This document shows, piece by piece, positions 19,146 to 28,819 of a stretch of DNA of 64,000 nt (within the stretch, counting starts at the first letter, position 1; each line of letters begins with the position of its first letter). Source of the DNA: an uncultured virus (IMG/VR IMGVR_UViG_3300009503_000028) (Duplodnaviria > Heunggongvirae > Uroviricota > Caudoviricetes); IMG/VR virus record IMGVR_UViG_3300009503_000028. One strand, written 5' to 3'. Below the pieces are notes generated by a model. That model was not told where the DNA came from. It made no database searches and saw only the letters and a list, made by a program, of their open reading frames with translations. Made by a program: the position numbers and the translations under genes.

Positions 19146-19490
19146 ATGATAAAGCAAAAATCTAAAGCCTTTTACAATATGCTTTTAAGCCAAGCTTTCG
19201 GAAATTCAACGGCTGTACTCTTAACGAACAAAAATAATAGAGATGGAAAGGCAATAATGAAACTATTGGATGGCAAGGAAACATTAAAACTAGTAGTTTT
19301 TCATGGAAACAAGCAAGGCTTTTTACCAAACACAGTTTACACATTCCATAAGCAAGAGAATAAGCCTAAGTGCTTTTCGTATTTTGGCTTATACAATAGC
19401 TGTGAAAAATGCTTAGTGGCTAAAGAATGTGAAGAAAAGGCACAAGACTTAGCTGAAGAATACGGATTAGAGACAAGCCAAGACATTTAA
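19146..19490 (+). CDS. Hypothetical early protein with a Cys cluster
   Basis: GGAGAG SD; C-x9-CEKC-x4-EC. Confidence 0.6.
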   Translation: MIKQKSKAFYNMLLSQAFGNSTAVLLTNKNNRDGKAIMKLLDGKETLKLVVFHGNKQGFLPNTVYTFHKQENKPKCFSYFGLYNSCEKCLVAKECEEKAQDLAEEYGLETSQDI

Positions 19491-19670
19491 AACTTTAAAA
19501 CCTTTAAAACTCTCTCTTTTTTTTTGTTCCATATCCAAACACTTTCAAACAGTTTCAAATATAGGATATAGTATTATCCCTTACCATAAAATCCTCTTTA
19601 GTATGTAAAAGACAAGACTTTAAAGGCTTAAAGCATGGCAACACCAAACAAAAATGTAGCATAAGAGAAT

Positions 19671-19683
19671 AAAGTTTAAATAT
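19671..19683 (+). promoter_or_regulatory. Archaeal BRE-TATA promoter (early)
   Basis: AAAGTTTAAATAT, same as 19088, with similar spacing to a GGAGAT...AAAATG leader. Confidence 0.7.
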
Positions 19684-19729
19684 ATCTTCTTAACCCCTTA
19701 GGATATGCGAATAAAAGGGAGATAATAAA

Positions 19730-20023
19730 ATGTCCGAAAACATAAGAAAACTACTCGAAGGCGCTTCTAGTGAATCTAAGAGAATCAAAAAAGGTGAAAA
19801 TAGAACAGTAAGTTTTTCCAAAAAGAAAATAGTCAGATTTGACGATGGTGAACAATTGAGTTATTACGATGGTTTCGAAAAATACATAGTAAAGTTTTGT
19901 GGTTCAGAATCCTCGACAGTAATAGCAACACGACTTTTAGCACTAGCAAAAAATGCTTTACAACTAGAACAACAAAAAACTCAAACAACCCAAGCACAAA
20001 CACAAATACCTAAAAAGAAGTAA
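19730..20023 (+). CDS. Hypothetical early protein
   Basis: GGGAGA SD, own promoter, downstream C/T tract. Confidence 0.65.
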   Translation: MSENIRKLLEGASSESKRIKKGENRTVSFSKKKIVRFDDGEQLSYYDGFEKYIVKFCGSESSTVIATRLLALAKNALQLEQQKTQTTQAQTQIPKKK

Positions 20024-20081
20024 ATAGCTATATCGTAAACGTCAATTTCCCCCTTTTTTCTATTTGTATGTTGGTGGAATT

Positions 20082-20555
20082 ATGTCAGAAGTAAATAATC
20101 AGAATAACCAGATTAACGAATTTCTTAAACTAATTTATGATATTAGAAGTGGAAATATTCCAATAGCTGTTTATTCTAAAAAGATTCGTAAGAAAAATGT
20201 TCCACATGATATACAGCTAGTTTATGGTAAAAATCCACAATTAGCTTTATGCATTTTAGCTAAATGTTCTTATCTTAGTAAATGTTGGAATATGGATAAT
20301 TTTACATGGAAAAATCCAAATAACCAAAATTGCATTAATAATGATATCTGGATAAAGAATTCTAGACAAAAAGAATTAAAAAGTTATAAAGCACTTAAAG
20401 AAATTGGTTTTTCTGAATATGAATTAACCTTAATTATTGGTATCTTACAAGACTATTACCATAAAACAAATAATTCCCAGATTAAAGAGATTTTAAGTAA
20501 ACTTGTTGAATGTTCTAGCCTTAAAGGTATTGTAGTTAAAAGAGAATACCTATAA
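20082..20555 (+). CDS. Hypothetical protein
   Basis: GGTGG SD before ATG; 157-aa ORF. Confidence 0.55.
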   Translation: MSEVNNQNNQINEFLKLIYDIRSGNIPIAVYSKKIRKKNVPHDIQLVYGKNPQLALCILAKCSYLSKCWNMDNFTWKNPNNQNCINNDIWIKNSRQKELKSYKALKEIGFSEYELTLIIGILQDYYHKTNNSQIKEILSKLVECSSLKGIVVKREYL

Positions 20556-20729
20556 AATTCTGGATGTGTTTTTATGAAAGTTCTTCTTCAGTATTTAGAT
20601 AAGAGTATAAAACCAATTCCCAGAATAAAAAGTAAATATATTGTGCTTAAAGATTCTAAGAAATTTTACAATCTCATTAAGAAATATCATAAGATAATAA
20701 TATCTGTTCAAATTCTGGAGAAATAAGAC

Positions 20730-20927
20730 ATGACTTTATCTTCTATCCCAAAAGAGAAAAGAGTAGAAATAATAAAACTGTTAGATAAAGAAATCTCTAT
20801 AATAGAAAGAGAAATTTCAATACTTAATTCCATGAAACAGAAATTAAAGAAAAGAATAGAATTCCTAAAAGATATAAAGAACGATAGAATACCATTAGAA
20901 AGTTATGTATCTAGAAAGGAATGCTAG
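20730..20927 (+). CDS. Small coiled-coil protein
   Basis: Heptad pattern; GGAG SD. Confidence 0.5.
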   Translation: MTLSSIPKEKRVEIIKLLDKEISIIEREISILNSMKQKLKKRIEFLKDIKNDRIPLESYVSRKEC

Positions 20928-21012
20928 GAGATATTTGTTTTAGAAATAGAAATCATAGGTTCACTGCTATATCTCCTACATTCCCTAGAAAATATAAGAA
21001 AGAAGTGATAAT

Positions 21013-21195
21013 ATGGAACTATTTAATAAGATAATGAGTATTTTCTGTTTCTTTGCTAGTGGTTTTAGTTGTGCTATGCTAGTAAATGATATAATAAATA
21101 ACAATCCCATAATGGCTTTTGTATTCACATTTCTCATGTTCTTCTATTATCTTATGGGAGAAATATGGTTAGAGGGAAATGAGAATGAAAGCTAA
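21013..21195 (+). CDS. Small two-TM membrane protein
   Basis: Two hydrophobic segments. Confidence 0.5.
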   Translation: MELFNKIMSIFCFFASGFSCAMLVNDIINNNPIMAFVFTFLMFFYYLMGEIWLEGNENES

Positions 21196-21388
21196 AATAA
21201 AAAGAAATTACTTAGGAACATTTCTAATACTAATTTCTGAAAATAGAAAAGAAAAAGATGAATTACTCGGATTATGGCAGAAAATACCAGATATTACATT
21301 TGCTAAAAGAGTTCTATATCTGGAGATATACCTATTAGAATGCATAGTTTTGTAATTGAAATAAAATCTGAACAAAGAGATGATATGA

Positions 21389-21604
21389 ATGTCTAACTTT
21401 ACTAAAAGACATTATGAAGCTATAGCTCAGGTTCTAACTACTACTAAAGCTGCACTTAGCTATGAACTTAAAACTGAAGAAGAGAAAGAAGTAGCTAGAA
21501 GAGTTTTAGAAATCTTAGAAAATTCTCTAGCTAAAATGTTTAAAGAAGATAATGAAAGATTTGACTATTATAAGTTTAAAAGAGCAATAGAGTGGGAACT
21601 ATAA
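21389..21604 (+). CDS. Conserved phage hypothetical protein (TRKxY..IA...DNxRFD..RF type)
   Basis: FTKRHYEAIAQVL...FKEDNERFDYYKF matches a widespread small phage family as I recall it. Confidence 0.6.
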   Translation: MSNFTKRHYEAIAQVLTTTKAALSYELKTEEEKEVARRVLEILENSLAKMFKEDNERFDYYKFKRAIEWEL

Positions 21605-22198
21605 ATGATAGAATATAAGATGAAAGAACTTAGACATAGTGGAATATACCTAGAAAGTATTAATACTGAACCAAAAATTAATGTTGATATAACTATCTAT
21701 GAACATGCATGGACATTTAGATTCTTTGTAGAAACTCCATATGGTAATATCTGGTTCTCTAATTCAGAAAGATTGAATACAATTATCTCTAATCTAGATA
21801 TCCCAGAAGTTTCTTCACTTGTTCATGCTGTTTCTATTCTTTCCAGTGAAACTAGAAAATTAAATTTTATGGAAGATTTTGCTCGTCGTATAGAAAATAA
21901 TGATGATTTTACTCAGCTATTTGATAAAGTAGCTAAATCAATTTATTTATCTTATATCCACAAATTGTATAGATATGCTGAAAGTGAGTATTATGAAAAA
22001 AAGTTTTATGAGAAAAACAAGGATGGGATGTATATAGCTCATCATGAAGTTTTAAAAGATTTATCTAAATATTCTGAAGCTAATAGATGGAAATGCAAAA
22101 TAGAAAGTTTGAATACAAAAGAAATGCTTGAGAGACATAAATTGAAGAAATTAGCTAACAAACTTGGGAGAAAAGATAAAAATGAGAGTAAATATTAG
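21605..22198 (+). CDS. Hypothetical protein with C-terminal GRK[DE] motif
   Basis: Ends LKKLANKLGRKDKNESKY. Confidence 0.7.
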   Translation: MIEYKMKELRHSGIYLESINTEPKINVDITIYEHAWTFRFFVETPYGNIWFSNSERLNTIISNLDIPEVSSLVHAVSILSSETRKLNFMEDFARRIENNDDFTQLFDKVAKSIYLSYIHKLYRYAESEYYEKKFYEKNKDGMYIAHHEVLKDLSKYSEANRWKCKIESLNTKEMLERHKLKKLANKLGRKDKNESKY

Positions 22199-22541
22199 AT
22201 GTTCTTTATCTGCTGTAGAATTCTATGGTTCTGAAGTCTTCAAAAGAAGACATACCGATTATGAAGTAATAGTTAGACCTTCTGACATTAAGCGTTTAGT
22301 ATTTAACAAATTGTTAGAAGATTGTAAAATACTAGAAATAGGAAGTTTTTCTTTCCTAAATGTAGAAATGCCAGAAGATAATTTTGAAATCTTCTTCATG
22401 TTGGGAGATTTAGACCTTAGAGGAAAGAGAAAACTTAAAGAAAATCTTTTAGAATTTGCTAGAGGAAAAATTAATAAGAATGAACTAATTTCAATACTAA
22501 CTCCATACCTATTAGCTAATAAGTTTGGGAGAAAAGAATGA
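22164..22541 (+). CDS. Hypothetical protein with C-terminal GRKE motif
   Basis: Ends LTPYLLANKFGRKE; true start probably the internal ATG (MRVNIR). Confidence 0.7.
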   Translation: MGEKIKMRVNIRCSLSAVEFYGSEVFKRRHTDYEVIVRPSDIKRLVFNKLLEDCKILEIGSFSFLNVEMPEDNFEIFFMLGDLDLRGKRKLKENLLEFARGKINKNELISILTPYLLANKFGRKE

Positions 22542-22843
22542 TGATGGTAGAGAAATCTCCAAGTAATAAATCTAGATGTTATCTATGTAATAATTACATT
22601 ATGAAAGATGAACCTAGAGTAAAAATCTATAGTAGTTATGAAAATCGCCCTAGCTATTACTGTTATCATCTTAAATGTTTTCTAGCATTACCAGAAGGAA
22701 GAAACTTCTTTAATAGTATAATTGGTATTTTACTTCCTTACTATTTTTCCAGTAATTCAGAAGCATTAGAACATATCAAGAGACTAGGAGAAATCTCTAA
22801 GATATTAGAAATATCAAAGTCATTAGGGAGGAAAGAAATATGA
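22538..22843 (+). CDS. PARP-type zinc finger protein with GRKE motif
   Basis: EKSPSNKSRCYLC...IMKDEPRV...YHLKCF matches zf-PARP spacing; ends SKSLGRKEI. Confidence 0.7.
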   Translation: MMMVEKSPSNKSRCYLCNNYIMKDEPRVKIYSSYENRPSYYCYHLKCFLALPEGRNFFNSIIGILLPYYFSSNSEALEHIKRLGEISKILEISKSLGRKEI

Positions 22844-22986
22844 ATGTAAGTATAAAAATATTAGGTATAGAAGGAGAAATAGTATCTGAGAAAACATTCA
22901 GATATGCAACTCTAAAGAAGATGAAACAAATAACTATACCATTTGGAGAATATACTATAGTTCTAGAAGTAACAGGTGAGAAGTAG
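22840..22986 (+). CDS. Small hypothetical protein (48 aa), not in the ORF track
   Basis: ATGA coupling; MNVSIKILGIEGEIV...EVTGEK fills the gap between two genes. Confidence 0.5.
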   Translation: MNVSIKILGIEGEIVSEKTFRYATLKKMKQITIPFGEYTIVLEVTGEK

Positions 22987-23313
22987 ATGCAATTTGAGAT
23001 ATCTCCAAATTCTAGAGCTAAATGTTACATATGTCATAAGATTATCCAAAAGGGTGAAGTTAGAGTAGAAATACTTCATTGTTTTAATAATATTATTGAA
23101 TCAAAATACATACATTATGAATGTTTTCTCAAAAATAATTATCTTAAAGAAGATGCTCTAAACAGTACAATGATATTCTTATCTGAATATTTTAGAAACA
23201 ATACTGAAGCTCTCCAACTTATTGAGAAACTTAAACATTTTTCACAAATTCAAGAGATTTCCAGTTATATAGGAAAAAAAGAAAAAGGAGATGAGAAAAA
23301 TGAAAGTATCTGA
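22987..23313 (+). CDS. PARP-type zinc finger protein, paralog of 22538
   Basis: EISPNSRAKCYICHKIIQKGEVRV...IHYECF; C-terminal SSYIGKKEK. Confidence 0.7.
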   Translation: MQFEISPNSRAKCYICHKIIQKGEVRVEILHCFNNIIESKYIHYECFLKNNYLKEDALNSTMIFLSEYFRNNTEALQLIEKLKHFSQIQEISSYIGKKEKGDEKNESI

Positions 23314-24469
23314 ACTAGCTAAATACCTAAAAGAGATATATTTGAAAGAAACAGATTTGAATGGAGAAAGAACATCAATTCTAGTATTCGGAACGCCTGG
23401 AATTGGGAAATCTCTAGCAACACTAAGAGCTAGCCAAGATATTGCTGAAGAACTAAAGAAACAGTGGGTAGACTATGATGACAATGAAGCATTGAAAATA
23501 CTAGAAAATCCACAAAACTATTTCGTGTATAACGATATGAGACTGTATGAACACGAACCTAGTGATTTCATAGGAATACCTACTAACAAAGATGGATTTA
23601 CTATGTTCTCTCCTTTAGCATGGGCTAAAGTACTATCTAAAACAGCTGGTTTTCTAGTATTAGATGAATTCACTAATGTAAACAGAAATGACTTGATAAC
23701 AGTAAGCTATAAACTACTGAATGATAGAAAAGTAGGATATTGTAAGTTCTCTAAAGATGTTCAGATAATAGCTATTGGAAATAGACCTGAAGATGCACCT
23801 GGAATAGCTCATGTCCCAGTACCACCAGTGTTAAACAGATGTGAACTTAGATACATAGAAGCACCAACAATAGATGACTGGTACAATTTCATGCAATCTA
23901 CATATCAAGACAATTGGGCTAAAGAAACATATGCATTTCTTACTGCATATGCAAGTGAGAAAGAGAACTATCTATGTTATGGATATCCTCCAGAAGATAC
24001 AATTGATAATTTCCCAAGACCTAGAACTTGGACTAAACTAGCTAGAAGAATGCTCTATGCTAGAGACTTTGAAACTATAATATCATTCATTGGTAAAGAA
24101 GTAGGAAGTAAATTCAATGCTTTCTTGAAAACAAATATTTCTCTTGATGATTTGCTATCTAAACCAGATATGTATCCAAAGCTTAAAGTAGATGCTCAAT
24201 ATATGCTACTGTTCCAATTAGCTAAAGCAATTGAAACTAACAAGTATCTTAAACACAAAGCTAGCCATGAAATAGAAGAAAGACATCTAGCACTACTCAA
24301 TTCAATCTATGACTACAAAAGAGAACATATTCTAGTTCTAACACACATGATAGCTGAAAAGAAACTGATAGACTTTCTACTAGTAATGACCAAGAGACCA
24401 GAATTCAAAGATATTGAGAAATACTTAACAGATATTTACGACAAAATAAAAGCAGTAGAAAGGAGATAA
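23300..24469 (+). CDS. MoxR-family AAA+ ATPase
   Basis: Walker A GTPGIGKS, Walker B LVLDE, sensor-1 IGNR, arginine finger LNR, PRPRTW sensor-2; adjacent to a vWA gene. Confidence 0.88.
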   Translation: MKVSELAKYLKEIYLKETDLNGERTSILVFGTPGIGKSLATLRASQDIAEELKKQWVDYDDNEALKILENPQNYFVYNDMRLYEHEPSDFIGIPTNKDGFTMFSPLAWAKVLSKTAGFLVLDEFTNVNRNDLITVSYKLLNDRKVGYCKFSKDVQIIAIGNRPEDAPGIAHVPVPPVLNRCELRYIEAPTIDDWYNFMQSTYQDNWAKETYAFLTAYASEKENYLCYGYPPEDTIDNFPRPRTWTKLARRMLYARDFETIISFIGKEVGSKFNAFLKTNISLDDLLSKPDMYPKLKVDAQYMLLFQLAKAIETNKYLKHKASHEIEERHLALLNSIYDYKREHILVLTHMIAEKKLIDFLLVMTKRPEFKDIEKYLTDIYDKIKAVERR

Positions 24470-24471
24470 AA

Positions 24472-25695
24472 ATGCAAATAAAAGAACTGAAAGATGATAT
24501 CTCAGATATCCAAGCTGTTCTAGCAGTTCAATTTCCCTTTATAGCTAGTCTAGGTTCTAGATGCAAAATAGTAGCATCTGAGAACCTTCAGTTCCCAGCT
24601 GGAGTTACTAAGGAAAACTATCTGATAATAAATCCAAAAGAATGGGAAACTTTCGATTTGAGAGATAGAGTATTCATATTTGCTCATGAAGTATGTCATA
24701 TAGCATTCCAGCATCTAGACAGAAGAGGAAATAGAGAACCTAAGATTTGGAATTATGCTACTGATGCAGTTATAAATGACATACTAGAAGATGTTCTTTC
24801 TCATAATGTCAAATGTATATCTCTAAGAGGTTTATCGTATGATTTATCTGAAAATTATGATTCACTAAGTAAATCTTCAGCAGAAGAAATACACGATAGA
24901 ATGGCTAGAAAAGCTGTAACTTACAGATTTCTGTCTTCTCAATATGGAGATGCAGATGACCTAACTGGAATACCTTCTCCAGAAGGTAGTTCTACTATCC
25001 AAGAAGGAGATGAAGAAATCAATAACAGTACTAATGGAGAAGCTAAAGAGAAACTGTGGAGTGAAGCAGTAGCTCAAGCATATTCTATGCAGAAAAGTAT
25101 TGGAACAGTTCCAGAAGGATTAGCTAGACTTGTAGACCAATTACTAAAAGCTAAAGTAAGATGGGAAAACATTCTGAAGAAAGAAATAGCTGTAGGAATA
25201 GGAAAGAACATAATTGGAGATTGGAGAAAAAGAAGTAGAAAACTACCAGCTATGTTCCCTGGATTGAGGAAAGAAACACTACCAACTATATGGAATCTAG
25301 TAGATACTTCTGGTAGTATAGATGAGAAAGAACTTAGACAGTTCATTTCTGAAATATATGCTCAAGCTAGAGAAACATCAGTTAAAGTAATACCTTTTGA
25401 TGCTAGAAGTTATGAGATAATCCAAGCAAATACTCAGTCTGATGTAATTAGAGAAGTATCTAAAAGACTGAAAGGTGGAGGAGGTACAGAAATTAGGGAT
25501 GCACTTGAGAAGACATTTAAACAGATGCAGTATGGAGATATTGTAGTAATACTGACAGATGGAGACATCTATGATAAAGAATCTCCAGAAGTTCTAGATT
25601 TAGCTAGAAGAATTAAGTACAAAGCATCAGCATCAGTAGTTGTCTTTACTCATAGTGAAGTTCCTTTCTGGAAGAATGTAAAGATGGAGATTTAG
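24472..25695 (+). CDS. vWA-domain protein with N-terminal zincin-like metallopeptidase domain (DUF2201-like)
   Basis: HEVCH (HExxH) and WNYATDAVIN; MIDAS DTSGS, GGGT, LTDG. Confidence 0.88.
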   Translation: MQIKELKDDISDIQAVLAVQFPFIASLGSRCKIVASENLQFPAGVTKENYLIINPKEWETFDLRDRVFIFAHEVCHIAFQHLDRRGNREPKIWNYATDAVINDILEDVLSHNVKCISLRGLSYDLSENYDSLSKSSAEEIHDRMARKAVTYRFLSSQYGDADDLTGIPSPEGSSTIQEGDEEINNSTNGEAKEKLWSEAVAQAYSMQKSIGTVPEGLARLVDQLLKAKVRWENILKKEIAVGIGKNIIGDWRKRSRKLPAMFPGLRKETLPTIWNLVDTSGSIDEKELRQFISEIYAQARETSVKVIPFDARSYEIIQANTQSDVIREVSKRLKGGGGTEIRDALEKTFKQMQYGDIVVILTDGDIYDKESPEVLDLARRIKYKASASVVVFTHSEVPFWKNVKMEI

Positions 25696-25698
25696 AAC

Positions 25699-25872
25699 AT
25701 GAATTGTCCCAAATGTGGTAGATTCATGAAAATAGAAATAACAAGAGATGATGGATGTAGAATGTATTCATGCTATCACTGTAACATATCAGTTGGAGAA
25801 GAAACTGAAAAATGGTTTACGAAAATGAGAGAATATACTATCAGAAAAGAAAGGAGGGAAAATAAAACATGA
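25699..25872 (+). CDS. Small zinc-ribbon protein (57 aa), not in the ORF track
   Basis: MNCPKCGRFM...YSCYHC; stop overlaps the next ATG. Confidence 0.55.
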   Translation: MNCPKCGRFMKIEITRDDGCRMYSCYHCNISVGEETEKWFTKMREYTIRKERRENKT

Positions 25873-26318
25873 AAGAAGAAAGTCAAAGAGAAAAGATAAA
25901 TGTAGATACAGTAAAACTCTTCTTAGGAAGAATATTTGGAGGTTCTGTCGATGACTACAATATACAAGAGAGGAACAATGAACTTATTGTAAAATTTGAA
26001 GCAGACAACTTTGTAGCTCAGTTCTTAGAAAGCATTATATGTGTAGATTTGAAGTTCAGAGATGATATTGAAAGAATGGTTTTCAATACAGCAACTCTAG
26101 AAGAAATAAAGAGATTTGCACCTTCAGTATCCAAAGCATTTTCTGCTGCTTTATACTATGAATTCAGAAATGGTGTTGTGAACCAGATAAAGAAAGAAGT
26201 GAAAAGTATATTCTGTGATCTAATCTATCCACTCAAAGAGAAAGTTCTAAGAAATCTTACTGAAGACTATATCAAAAGTTTGAAGATAGCTGAGACAGTT
26301 GGGAGAAAAGAGAAATGA
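25869..26318 (+). CDS. Hypothetical protein with GRKE motif
   Basis: Ends SLKIAETVGRKEK. Confidence 0.7.
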   Translation: MKEESQREKINVDTVKLFLGRIFGGSVDDYNIQERNNELIVKFEADNFVAQFLESIICVDLKFRDDIERMVFNTATLEEIKRFAPSVSKAFSAALYYEFRNGVVNQIKKEVKSIFCDLIYPLKEKVLRNLTEDYIKSLKIAETVGRKEK

Positions 26319-26671
26319 GACAAATATTAGTGATTACACATTATCCAAGACAAATATCAATTGAAGTCTTAGATCATTATGAAGCTATTGTAAAAGTATT
26401 TGTTCCCTACAAAAGTAAGAAATATAACGTAGTCTCAAACTATCTTTTTAGAAGGAAATTCCGTACAGAATGGCAATTACTTGATTTTCCAAATAGTCTA
26501 TACTGTAAAGTCAAACCAAGAGATTTTATCTTCTTAGAAGGTCTTAAAATTCTACCAACAAGACACGAAATATGGAAGAAATTGGTAGATATTGATTCTT
26601 CATCTTCAATAATAATATCATTGTTGAAACCTTATGTCCTATCTAGAAGTTTGGGAAGGAAAGAGAAATGA
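26315..26671 (+). CDS. Hypothetical protein with GRKE motif, paralog of the next gene
   Basis: LVITHYP and KPRDFIFLE shared with 26668; ends LKPYVLSRSLGRKEK. Confidence 0.75.
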   Translation: MRQILVITHYPRQISIEVLDHYEAIVKVFVPYKSKKYNVVSNYLFRRKFRTEWQLLDFPNSLYCKVKPRDFIFLEGLKILPTRHEIWKKLVDIDSSSSIIISLLKPYVLSRSLGRKEK

Positions 26672-27037
26672 AACGAACATTAGTAATTACACACTATCCA
26701 AAAGAAATATCAATTGAAATCCTAGACGAAGCTAGAATTCTTATCCAGACAAAAATTCCTTACAGATGGTCTTTCAAATTTGCTGTTGTTAAAGATTATT
26801 TTGCTGAAAGAAAGTTCTTTACTTACTGGCAAGGCTTTGATTTCCCTGAAAATCTTTACTCTATAGCTAAACCTAGAGATTTCATTTTTCTTGAAGCTCT
26901 AAATGTTCTTCCATCTAGTCATAAAATCTGGAAAAAAATTGTGTAAAGGAAAAGTTATTTTACCTTTTCAAATAGTAAAAGAATTGAAACCTTATGCTCT
27001 TTCTAAGTCTTTAGGAAGGAAGAATAAAAATGACTAA
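26668..27037 (+). pseudogene. Paralog of 26315 split by one extra A in an A7 run (pseudogene, slippage site or sequencing error)
   Basis: Removing one A at 26932-26938 restores WKKLCKG...LKPYALSKSLGRKNKND. Confidence 0.7.
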
Positions 27038-27566
27038 AGATTATTTCAACAAGTTTCTAGCCTATTACTATCATACTTCAGAAGAGAATGTCTCTGTTTT
27101 GTCTAGAAATTCACTTGTACGAGAAATTAAAAGATCAGAACATTTAGACTACATTACTGATTTTCTTGAAGAACTTTTAAAGGATGAAGTTGGGTTAATT
27201 GATTATAATGCTCGAAATATTGCTTTGATTGTTGAGTATAATAGAAGAGACAATCTCATATATTTTGATGCTTTTACTTATGTAGAAATACTATCAGAAA
27301 ATTATACTTTTTATGTTGGATGTATGGCATTAGATTTAGAAACTTTTTCTCCAGAATCATTCAATTATCAAGTTTCTCTCCTTCTTGAAGAAGTTATCAG
27401 AAGTCATAAGAAAATCCATTTTCTCCAAGATGAAGAAAAGGTACTACTATATCTATTAGATTTATATATGTTCAATGAACCAGATGCTAGTGAGATGTGT
27501 ACAAAACTTCATGACTATATTGAAGCTAGGAGACTAGCAAGATTGGGAAGAAAAGAAAATAAATGA
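27030..27566 (+). CDS. Hypothetical protein with GRKE motif
   Basis: Ends EARRLARLGRKENK. Confidence 0.7.
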   Translation: MTKDYFNKFLAYYYHTSEENVSVLSRNSLVREIKRSEHLDYITDFLEELLKDEVGLIDYNARNIALIVEYNRRDNLIYFDAFTYVEILSENYTFYVGCMALDLETFSPESFNYQVSLLLEEVIRSHKKIHFLQDEEKVLLYLLDLYMFNEPDASEMCTKLHDYIEARRLARLGRKENK

Positions 27567-27578
27567 GGTAGAAAGAGA

Positions 27579-28124
27579 ATGGGAGAAGCAACATTTTATC
27601 TAATAGCTCAATTTGAAAGTGATGAAGATGCTAACTTTGCTGAAGACTTTGCTAGAATTGTCTTTAAGGAACTATCAAAATTCTCTGATGAGTGGCAGAA
27701 AATTAGAAGTAATCAGAATAAATCTCCTGTTGAAAGACATAAAATATTGTTAAAGAAGTTTCCGCTAGTGAGAAGATATATTAGACTGCCAAAGCCTACA
27801 AAAGAAGACGTATCTATGAATTATCTAGCTGGACAGTGTGAGATAACTAATGATTTTACTCTATATTCTGAAGGAAACTCTGTTAGACTTTCAGATTATG
27901 TCTGGCATCTTGCATCATGGGATAATATATCTGAGTTCTTTTACAGATTAGGAGCTAGAAAAGTAATATGGAAATCTGAAGAATACTTCAATTACTTTGA
28001 TTTACTAGAAGAAAGAATAGAAGACATACCAGAGGCTAGAAAGAAAGTAAGACAGTTCTCTAAAGATGAAATCGAAAAGATATTGTTAGCACTCAAAATA
28101 GGAAGGAAAGAGAATGACAAGTAG
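27579..28124 (+). CDS. Hypothetical protein with GRKE motif
   Basis: Ends ILLALKIGRKENDK. Confidence 0.7.
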   Translation: MGEATFYLIAQFESDEDANFAEDFARIVFKELSKFSDEWQKIRSNQNKSPVERHKILLKKFPLVRRYIRLPKPTKEDVSMNYLAGQCEITNDFTLYSEGNSVRLSDYVWHLASWDNISEFFYRLGARKVIWKSEEYFNYFDLLEERIEDIPEARKKVRQFSKDEIEKILLALKIGRKENDK

Positions 28125-28467
28125 TTTTGGTAAAGATTTCAAAATGGCCATGGGCAAATATTCTGCTGTTACAGATGAAATATGTGTTCTATGTAAGAAA
28201 CATATACAGAATGGAGATGAAATAGTAGTAGCTGGAGACTGGATAGAAGATGCTGAAACTAAACAGATCTTAGTTGAGCCATATTATACTAACTTTATGC
28301 ATTTACAATGCTTTCTATCTCACAATCAGTTCTTTATCCATCAGGTTATAGAACATATTTTACGGAAACACCTAACTCCAGAAACTTATGAAAATGTTAA
28401 GAAAGAGTTTGAAATCTCTATTATGGCATCTAAAATAGGAAGGAAAGAGAATGAAGTTAGTCATTAA
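28114..28467 (+). CDS. Zinc finger protein (PARP-finger-like) with GRKE motif
   Basis: CVLCKKHIQNGD...MHLQCF; ends IMASKIGRKENEVSH. Confidence 0.65.
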   Translation: MTSSFGKDFKMAMGKYSAVTDEICVLCKKHIQNGDEIVVAGDWIEDAETKQILVEPYYTNFMHLQCFLSHNQFFIHQVIEHILRKHLTPETYENVKKEFEISIMASKIGRKENEVSH

Positions 28468-28819
28468 TGGATTTTTAACTATTTCTACATCAATAACTGG
28501 ATCTACAATAAATATACCAGTTGCTGGATCTCCATTTTCTGTTTCAGTTCCTGGACTTTCTAATCCGAATAAGTATTCGTTTGAATTAAAGAGTATAGAA
28601 ATAGTAGAAGATAAAAAAGCATCTTCGAATGATCTGATATCAATCTCTTTAAGTGAATTTTCAACTTTCTTCTTTAGTGAAATTCTGAAATACACAACAG
28701 ATAAAGAGACTATTGAAAGTATTGAGAAAGTTAAGAAATTCTTAGAATTATTAGATATGAGTTCAACTATTGGTAGAGGTAATAACAATGATGTTGGAGG
28801 TAGTAAAAACGGGAATTGA
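28451..28819 (+). CDS. Hypothetical protein with degenerate GR motif
   Basis: LDMSSTIGRG near the C-terminus. Confidence 0.6.
   Translation: MKLVINGFLTISTSITGSTINIPVAGSPFSVSVPGLSNPNKYSFELKSIEIVEDKKASSNDLISISLSEFSTFFFSEILKYTTDKETIESIEKVKKFLELLDMSSTIGRGNNNDVGGSKNGN

Noticed and set aside
18890..19620. CRISPR or mini-CRISPR array
   Set aside because: Repeats are short palindromes without constant repeat length or spacer spacing
21185..21395. Possible frameshifted small gene
   Set aside because: Two overlapping short frames exist but there is no paralog or clear slip site to support joining them
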